Under the pieces are notes generated by a model that did not search any database, had not been told where the DNA came from, and worked only from the letters and a program-made list of their open reading frames with translations. The position numbers and the translations under genes were made by a program. 53,976 bases of DNA from Bigelowiella natans CCMP2755 (Eukaryota; Protista; Cercozoa): positions 1 through 53,976 of the forward strand of contig ADNK01002891.1 of the NCBI GenBank assembly GCA_000320545.1. Direction: 5' to 3'. Positions 40,506 through 53,976 of this stretch are shown one piece after another; the first letter of the stretch is position 1, and each line of letters starts with the position of its first letter.

Positions 40506-41721
40506 CCGCAGCCCCGCACGCAAACGGGGCCGCAGCCATAGCCGGAGCCGAAGCCCCACACGCAGATGCACATACGACCGGAGACGCCGGCGCGGTGAAG
40601 TAGAAAGGGAGTCCCGCCGCAATCGGCACCTCGGCCGATCAGGAGAGGATGCCAGGGAAGACTCCACGAGCGTGTCTCTCCAAGAGGCAAGAGAGACCGA
40701 GATTTCTTCAATCATTCCGCAAGGCATCGGCGGTGTTGCGCAACTCGTCCGACTTATAGTGGAGTACGACTTTGAGCCCCGCCAATGGGATGAGATTGAA
40801 GCGAAAAATGTGAATTGTCCTAATAAAATCTGCTCCTGGAAGAAGAAGCTCTATGCTTTCGGTTACCGGAAAATTAGTTGCTTGGACCTGCAGAGCATGC
40901 GTGTTGTCCCCAACGCGATTCCGAATATAACTTATTGGGAGAGGGATTGTTATGAAGTGTGCTCTTATAATGACCGGCTGTTTGTAGTAGGGGGGGCTCA
41001 TATTGATGCCAGACACATTCTTCGTTGCGTAGAGTGTTTGGACTTGAGAAATGTAGGCGCTGGGTGGAAGGCGCTCCCAGATATGTCGGTGGAGAGGAGG
41101 GCACACGCAGTATGCTGCTGTGACGACAAACTTTTCGCCGTTGGAGGGTGGAGTGAGGCGGGGGTAGAAAAGCGGGTTGAGTTTCTGGACCTGAAAAATG
41201 TGGACCAAGGGTGGAGGGCGGCCCCAGATATGTCGACGACTAGGACTGACCTCAGTGTGTGCTGTCACAATGACAAGCTTTACGCGACTGGCGGGAGAAG
41301 TCAAAGTTGCGATAGATTTGGGGCTTTAAATAGCGTTGAGTGTTTGGACTTGAAGAACATGAGCGCTGGGTGGAAGGCGCTCCCGGAGATGTTGGTGGCT
41401 AGAAGGTTTTTAAGTCTGTGCTGTGTTAATGGGTACCTCTACGCCGTTGGGGATGGAAGATATTGGGGCCCTCCCAAGTACCAAGATTGCGATGAAAAGA
41501 CGAGTGTTGAGTACTTGGACTTGGAGAATGTGCGCGAAGGGTGGAAAGAGGGCCCAAAGTTGTCGTTATGTGGGGGGTCAAGAGTGGTTGGGCTATGTAA
41601 TGATAACGGGAGAGCACTGTATGCGGCGTACGTGGGACGCGATCAAGGTTATATAGTAGGTGGCGAAGAAGTGTGCAATGATTTTGGTTTCAAGCGCTTA
41701 GATTTGGTCTTGCCACAATAG
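40381..41721 (+). CDS. Intronless Kelch-repeat protein with Arg/Ser-rich N-terminus (upstream in-frame ATG at 40246 possible)
   Basis: Uninterrupted ORF with 5-6 Kelch repeats (LFVVGG, LFAVGG, LYATGG, LYAVGDG; VE[C/F/Y]LDL..GWK..PDM). The N-terminus has RSRS dipeptides and poly-Arg encoded by (CGCAGA)n. Confidence 0.88.
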
Positions 41722-41749
41722 AGACTTATGTCTATATTCGTGTATACAT

Positions 41750-44160
41750 AAGACGGATGTAACGAATAATTAAATTTGTTCAATAGTCATCCTCATGTAA
41801 CTGTGCAATGCAACGGCTACACCGCTGTGATTATGTCTATTTATTTCTGCCATGCTTGTATGATGTGCTTCATGTAATTGAATGCATGTCGTACATGTCT
41901 GTGCTAGTGTGTTGTCGCGCAGTACGCGCTGCTGTCCATGTACATTTCTTTTTCTTCTGTTGTGAGTCTTCTGGTTTCGTCATTAAATTGCGCATCACTG
42001 TAGCAGTGAGCTGGTTCCGCATAGACAGCGTTGTTGTGTGACATGCTGTGGGCATTGCAACTAATGATGCATGTCGTCGGTGACATGGCACACATTGCAG
42101 TGTGCTTCTCCATCTTGCGCGGTGCACAATCTAGCAATCCTCATGAGAGCTTGAATTTGCCGATGTTGCCAACGCCCATGACGCAGTGCATCCATGCTAG
42201 CATGCTGTAGCGACACTAGGTAGCTCAAGTTTGTCCCCAGTGCTTGTCAGTGATCCCATGATGTAATCCGAGAAAGAAGAGCTGGGTCTTGGCCGGCGCG
42301 CGCTGCGCATGCATGCTGCGACAATGGGCACACATGCCAGCATGGCTAGCAGCTGGCGCACACGTGCATGCTGGCATGTCATTCGTGTCGATCATGCACA
42401 CACGCACATGCACACATGCACACATCTAGACATGAAGCGCACAACGCATGCACACACGATCACCAGCTAGCCAGCTAGCCGCCAGGTCGGACCTCTGCGC
42501 AACGCTAGAACGACATTTGCATCATCGGCATGCAGGCCACAGCTAGACAGCTAGCACAGCAGCGACACGCTGATCTGCACGCGCACGCCGTGAATGCACA
42601 TGGCATGTTTTTGGCTTGCGCAAAGGTGTGTGATGAAAGCTCATCAATGTTGACAACCAGCTAGCCAGACACTCTGAATGTTTTCATTTTGCGACAAGGA
42701 CGTGCCAGAGGAATTGGCATGTGTCAATGAATTGGTGTGAGTCACGTTGTCGCGCCTTCGGTTTGTGCATTCATCGCTTGCATGGGAGTTGGCATGCTGT
42801 CATTGTCAAGATGATGGTCTGAACTTGCTCAGCTTGCATGGAAGCAGGCGTGGTGCGATGATCCGACGCGGCATTGAAACCACTCGCATGCAGAACGGCC
42901 GCAGCCGGGCTGTTGTCCTTGAACTGTTCGTCACGGCAAGCTGCGTGCTTCGGAATTGGTGACGCTGATCGGTCAGCGTGCCGCAATGATGGATCTGAGG
43001 TGCTGCGCACGTGTGCCACAAGTCCGTCAAACCCGGTGACGACGGGGTTGTGAACAGTGCAGCGCTTTGCGACGCGCTTTGAAGCAGCAGGCAGATGCAG
43101 TTGGTCAAAGAAAAGTCATTGAAACTTGTCCGATGGCCAAACCTGAAAAAATGACCGAAATGTTGACCAAAATGTCCATTTTCAAGGCCTCAAAGTGTGA
43201 AAATTCACACCCGTTGTGCAGCGGATGCACGCTGCGCGTTTGTTCTCTGCCACATTTTGAATGCTTTTGCGTGTGCGTTTGACCAAACGTGACATGCACG
43301 AAAAATTTCAAAGAAATGCGAGCAAATCCAATGTCCATTGCATCACACGACGCGCTTGGTTGCGCGCAAAAGCTTCCAAATGCACATTCTGGCGATTCGT
43401 TGCAGGTTTGACGGACTTGTGGCAGGAGCACGCGTGTCGCAGGGTTGAAGTTGAGATGCACACGCACTGTTGCGTGCAACCGATTGGTTCTGCACCACGT
43501 GCAGCTGTCGAAAGTCAATTGTTGCAGCAATGTGCGCCCTCGCATGCAGCCGATTCGTTCTGCATCGAGCACAGCTGTCGATTGTTGCGGCGTTGGGCGT
43601 GGTGCAATGTGGTCTCGTGTTGAGAACTGAAGTCGCATGAGCGTTGAGTTGCATTGTTGCTTGGTTGTTGAGTTGCTTTGTCACTTGAACGTTTGAGTTC
43701 TGATGTCATGTGGTCTGCATGCAAATGACAGCAACAAACGTCGTTGCCCAGAGGTCCAACCTGGTGGTCGTGCCAGCCTAGATTGCTAGATTGGGCCACA
43801 TGCTGTCAAGCTTGCAAGCTCACAGCCTGCAAACCACACACAACACTGACAGCGCAACACATGATGACCAGGGTGGAGCTCCAATGAGAGCTAGACTGGT
43901 GGAGAGGATGCAAGAATGACCATGATGAAAAATTTCGATCACAATGTCAATTCATCTGCACATCATTCCAAGCTTGCAGAGGCTTCAGGGAAGAAGTGCC
44001 ATCATGCGCGTAGTCAATGACGCGCCAATTGTGCAGTGCACAATGAGTGTCTGCATCTACAGCATTTTAATGATGTCACGCAATCTTTCAGATCTTACAT
44101 TCCTCATCGGGAGCCACGCTCAATTGCCAACAATGTGACAAGGCACTGCGCATGCATGTA
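41750..44160. mobile_element. Degenerate repeat-derived island starting with a diverged copy of the TIR; extreme TpA loss
   Basis: 41751-41815 AGACGGATGTAACGAATAATTAAATTTGTTCAATAGTCATCCTCATGTAACTGTGCAATGCA matches the 449-element terminus. Zero TA in 42665-43787. No recognisable transposase remains. Confidence 0.6.
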
Positions 44161-44332
44161 GTAGCGCATGCCAGAAGTAATCTTTACCACTTATTCAACA
44201 TGAGGGCCACGGCCTTCATTGAACAACATGAGAGGGACAACCTCACACCGTCTAGATAGTGGTAATAAACGCGGAGCCTTCACGTCACAAGCTACACTCG
44301 CAAAACACCGCAATCACTGGGTTGGCGCTAGA

Positions 44333-47300
44333 CTACCGACATCCTTTCTTGTCCCTCGCAATACCAAACAGACCCCTGACCCTGTCCTTTGAAACAAATG
44401 CTCCGTTTCTCTCGCAGTGCCGAATAAACGATCCCCAGTGACGGTTCTTCTTCAAAGTATCCGCATTTCCAACGACCCAACACGCGTATCGCGCCCTGGT
44501 AAGCGCAACGTTCATTCGCCTCACGTCGGCCAGGAAGCCAATGCCGTGGCTATCACCTGACCGCACGCAGGAGAAGATGATGACGTCCTTTTCGCCTCCT
44601 TGGAACCCATCGACGGTTGCGACTTTCAAGTCGACCATGCCCCAACCTTTTCTCCGGTGCAACGCGCCAAGTCTCTCTGCTAACAGCCGCCTCTGGTGCG
44701 CGTAGGGCGTGATGACACCGACGCTAGTTTTCCTTCGCTTCTTTCGAATTTCGCCATCCTCAGGCGCCTCCTCCTCCGGTAGTTCCACGTGCTCCCCGAC
44801 AAATGCAGACAGCACGGACGCGATGCAGTTGACCTCCGCGCTGTTAAAGGAGGATTTGAAGTGGTACTGGTGCGCCGAGGGCACGTCGAGGAAGAGCAGC
44901 GGCCGGAAACGCGGGTTCTTGTGGAAGGGCTTCGCCCAGTGCTCCGACGTCACGTTCGGCCCGTTCTGCAGCTTCGATCGGTAGAAGTGGCGCGAGGGGA
45001 ACGCGGAGATCTCCGGGTGCATGCGGTACTGCGTGTCGAGCATCGAGACGGGGTGACCCCCCCTCACCAGCCTCTCGAATAGAGACTGCTCGTACAGACG
45101 CGCATTGGAACTGGCCATCTGCACGGTGGCCGGCAGCTGCTGTGGGTCGCCGATCAGCACGCACCGCCCCGTCTGGTGCTGCAGCGCCACGAGCGTCGAG
45201 AGCTCCACGCTCTGCGCGGCCTCGTCGACCAGGATGTAGTCCCAGGGGCGCTGCCGTTTCCTCATGAGCTCGCTGCCGGCAGCGCTCAGCGTGCAAAAGA
45301 CAATCTCCGCCTCGTCTAGGAAGGACACCTGCAGGGCATTCTTCACGAGGGCGGAGCACACTTGATCGCGCGTCTTCGCCGCCAGGCTAAGGCTCTCTCG
45401 GCTCGCGCTCGGATCCCCACGTCTACGGTGGGAAGAAGAGCCGTATTTCTCCGTCGGCGCTGTGGCCACGAGCTTGTGCCGCTCTTGATACAACTGCGCG
45501 TAGCGAAGTTGCTCCATGAAGTGGGCCATGTGCTTCTTGAGCTCCTCCACCTGCTGGAACGAAGGGTGCTGCGGCGAGAGCTCCACGCTCCCCCACTTCT
45601 CCTCGGTCAGCAGCTTCCAGGGCTGAGGAGGTCTGCCCACCCTCGCGTGCTGCTTGGTGATCTCCGCGTTGTACCATTTCATGAACTCGACGGCGGTGGC
45701 TTTGAGTTTCCCCAGGCTCTTCTTGATCCTGAGCATATCCGCTTGCGAGGTCTTCACCTGCTCCGCGCACGCTCGCCTTCCTTTCCGCATGATGCCATCC
45801 ACCTGCGCGTCGAGCGACACCGTGCCCCACATGGAGGCGTTGCCGCTCTCTTTCCTCTCTTTGCCAATCCGCAGAATGTTGGGCTGGTAGCGGATGTTCT
45901 CCCCATCCATGAACTGCTGCTGCAGCACCCTCCGCGCCAACTCGTCCACCGCGGCGTTGGAGGGGGCGCAAACGAGTATGTGCGGCTTGGGGCTGACAAC
46001 GATCTCCCCCCCCTCCGTGCTCTCTAACGCCTTCAAGATATCGCTCAGCGACACGGCGCGAGGCGCAGCTCTCGACAACTGCGGCCTGGCCGAGGAGGAG
46101 GAGGAGGAGGAGGAAGAAGAAGAAGGAACTCCGGTCTTTGAAGGAATCATGCCTGCTTTCACGAGGAGGCGCTGCTCGGAATCATACGCTCTCTTCCGGA
46201 CGCTCTGCCAGGTTTTCTTCACCAGCGTGCGGTAGTATGTCTGGAACCGTGAGAGATGAAAAGCGTTTAACAGCTCGACGGCCGTGCGCGTTTTCCCAGT
46301 CCCCGGAGGGCCTTGTAGCAGGGTGAATGGACGCCCCTCCATCGCTGCCTTCACCGCGCCGTGCTGCGAGCTGTTAAGGACGTGACTCAGCCTTTCGGAG
46401 AACTTCTCTGGTAGCTGCAAATCCATGGAGCTGGCATCGTCACCATTGTCGCTGCTGCTGCTGCTGCTGCTGATTCCTGAGCGCGAGGGCGGGACCGACG
46501 TTCGAGGGTCTAGTATCTGCTTGGAAAGCGTGGCGCTGCCAACGTTGCACAACGCGAAATACTCGCGCACCGTTGTGACGACGTGGCTTAGCGCCGCGAC
46601 GAAGAACCTCGTCGTTTTCTTGCCCCGCCTCTCCCTCTCCGCCGCAAGCAGCGTCTCGCGCATGGCGAGAAGGCGCTCGTAGTTATCCTTCGGCGTGTGG
46701 GCGGCGGTGCTGCCGAGCGGCAAATCCTTCCCCGAGCTATCTATCAAGGGTACTACCAGCTGGATCTTGAGGCTCGATTGGCTGCTTTGTACGATGTGGC
46801 ACAGTGCGAACGCCTCTGGGAGGGAACGCTTACGCGGCCGCTGACGGCGGCGTTTTTTGCCGGGTTTCGCGGAGTGGTCCTCTTCGTTTGCCCCCCTGCC
46901 GCTCTGGGGGTGCTCGATAGAAATCACGCCAAAGCACCCCGCAGCGTCTCGATACCCCTTCATCATTCTCCCGTCGTAGAGCTTCACGTAAGTGATCTTC
47001 GTTTCCGAGTTCGCCTCGACGGAGTCGACGGCCATGGAGGATGCAATGCTGTACTTGTCTAAGCTCTCCAGAGCAGCCCTGATCTCCGCTCTGGTGTTCT
47101 CCATCAATAGATCGTGAAAAACGTCGGTGTAGGCCTGTGGACTATTATACCGGGCACAGCTTCGGTACCGCTCGGCCTCTCCATCTCCCCCTTTACCCGC
47201 GCTGCCTTGTCCCACTTTCGCGCGCTGCTTTTCCTTATTCTCGTTCTTATCCGTCTCGACGTGCTCTGTGTAGACCTTTAGCCTTTCGAGAACTTCCTTG

Positions 47301-48069
47301 GAGGGTGGCAGGGGAGGAGCTTCGGGGTCCCATGACAACACCTCGCGCAAGAGCTCATTCCTCGTATCAAGGTACGATAAGCTGCCCGATCCGCCCCTCC
47401 TCCTCTTGCACGGCGATCGAGAACGACTACGCGACCCCTTATTTTTTTTGGGAATCCGCATGCGCTTTGAAACCGTGACGGTAGAGGAGGAGGAGGAGGA
47501 GGAGGCGGCGAGGTAGGATGGGACGAAGTGCTTTGCTTTCCCGGCCTCTCGCCGGCCTTTTAGGACTAACAACTTTGCTGGCAATCGCGACACGCGAGAG
47601 CTAGTATGCCTCGCCTTGGGCACCAGCTTCTTCGTAGCAGGGGCGAGTGTATTGCTTGGAAGGGCGACATGACGCTTTTTACTTCGCCGCTCTGCGTTAT
47701 GGATTCGATGGTCAGGGGAACAAGAGCAGTGTAAAGAAACTTGTGATTTCCAAATCAATCAAAAATCTTACCTAATGAACTCGGGGAGGATGGCGGGGCG
47801 ATAGTTCTTTTTCGGGATGGCGGAAGCGAGGTAGAGACCGGAGAACCCGTTAAATCGATGACTAAGCTATTCGCCTTATCTCCTGAAGGCAAGAGTACAT
47901 CATCTTCCGGTCGTTCCAGAGGGGGGGGCTCATCCAGTTCCGAAGTCATGCATGCTTTATCTTTAACATCTTCATTCGCATTGGCTACGGCATCCTGCTC
48001 CTCCTCCTCTTCCTCATTGCTAGAGGTCTCAGCCTCCAGCTCCGCAACCCATGCGTCATACTTCTCCAT
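44333..48069 (-). CDS. SEN1/senataxin-like (Upf1-like superfamily 1) helicase; one 80-nt intron (47692-47771)
   Basis: Motifs LLQGPPGTGKT, ILVCAPSNAAVDE, ILVDEAAQ, LIGDPQQLP, SLFERL, LDTQYRMHP, GVITPY, TVDGFQGGEKD, RRMNVALTRAR. A GTAAG…GCAG intron joins ORF 47755-48096 (MEKYDAW…) in frame to the 1141-aa ORF. Confidence 0.93.
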
Positions 48070-48949
48070 CGCTTGTTCGTGCGTGCGTGCTTTCAAGGGA
48101 AAAAAAAGAACAAAAAAAAGCGGAAAACATCTATCAAAAGAGACTCACTTAGTTCTCACCCGAAACCCGTCGCCGCCGCCGCCGGCCCGAAATAATATTC
48201 GTGATCGATTTATATCGGCCACTTATCTATGAGAGAAGGAAATATTTACAAACATCAAACCCTGCAAAAAGGTATGGAAAAGGAACCTAGAACTACCGGC
48301 AGAAAATGAGAGAAATTCATTTGCAAGTACGAAATCCATGGGAAATCTAATGAATTCACCATGGGAGCAATTTGGTCAACAATTATAGGATATTCGTTCG
48401 GGAACTTACGAATTTTTTCTCGTCCGTCGTCTTCTCAGGCAAAGTAGGAAACATTCTGCTGTCATTTTGTGATTTGGGTTTTCGTCAAGTTTGACATGAT
48501 GACATATTCTAGCGGCAGTGTAAAAATAGTGAAATAAATTTAGGATATTTATACTATAAATGTGCAGTCGAGATGAATCATGCTAGGGTTTTTCGAGGGA
48601 AAATCGTGAGATCCTTTCCTGGACAAATGGTAACCAATTAATACGAGACTATCCTATAAATCATATCTAGCAAAACATTTGGCAACAAGGCCACCGACCG
48701 CCTCCCACAACATAAACAACAATAGTTGATTGTTGTAGAAGTCAGTTGACCCTGGAAACATCGAAAACGAGTGGAATTTCACTTGGGAGCCGTTGTCGTA
48801 AATAAATCAGGAATAGCCTTGATTTTTGTTGTTAATAAGCGAATGTATGTAATTATTGAACGTAAATGGCATGCAATTTCATATGAATCTGTAGAGAGAG
48901 TACAGATTTAATCCTTAAAATCTTCTCCCCCCTCCCAGCCGTAGCTCAA

Positions 48950-53976
<5,027 letters not shown>

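Noticed and set aside
43905-43960. Possible right-hand TIR closing the 41750 element (GAATGACCATGATGAAAAATTT)
   Set aside because: Only loose similarity to GGATGACCATTGAAAAAATTT, and it lacks the terminal CATCCGTCTCA.
42270-44010. Classical RIP or CpG-methylation decay as the cause of CA/TG richness
   Set aside because: RIP raises TA and 5mC decay lowers CG; here TA is absent and CG is plentiful.
41800-44140. Many overlapping Cys/His/Met/Ala-rich ORFs on both strands
   Set aside because: Artefact of TA loss, which removes TAA/TAG stops and enriches CA/TG codons; no recognisable domains.
44709-47516. Antisense and alternate-frame ORFs over the helicase (likewise over the MAPK, CWC2 and Kelch genes)
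   Set aside because: Shadows of GC-rich coding sequence with no motifs of their own.
44333-47690. Low TA in the helicase exon as another mutated island
   Set aside because: Explained by GC-rich codon usage; many Tyr codons and non-CTAG TAs remain and the ORF is intact.

Overview
Eukaryotic nuclear DNA, intron-rich, with microsatellite-packed introns. It is probably an alga or protist of the SAR group (inference only). About 11 genes can be read by hand-splicing: a PPR protein, an Mpv17/PMP22 protein, CWC2, an unknown gene, a JmjC protein with a signal peptide, a glutaredoxin-like DUF836 protein, an atypical T-K-H MAP kinase, EI24, an intronless RS-Kelch gene, a SEN1-like helicase, and an ankyrin-repeat gene with a probable HDAC start that runs off the window. 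No rRNA, tRNA or CRISPR array is recognisable. The standout signal is a set of intergenic islands (1-450, ~11480-12500, ~20560-21100, ~38590-40250, ~41750-44160) that have lost most TpA dinucleotides. Positions 42665-43787 contain no TA at all, and all 11 TAs in 42270-44010 sit inside CTAG. These islands hold TIR-element ends, a Kelch pseudogene and a Tyr-less ORF relic, while gene introns keep long (TA)n tracts. The pattern suggests a repeat-targeted A:T->G:C hypermutation system (TAH->TGH / DTA->DCA), the reverse of fungal RIP. All counts were made by eye and exon boundaries are approximate.
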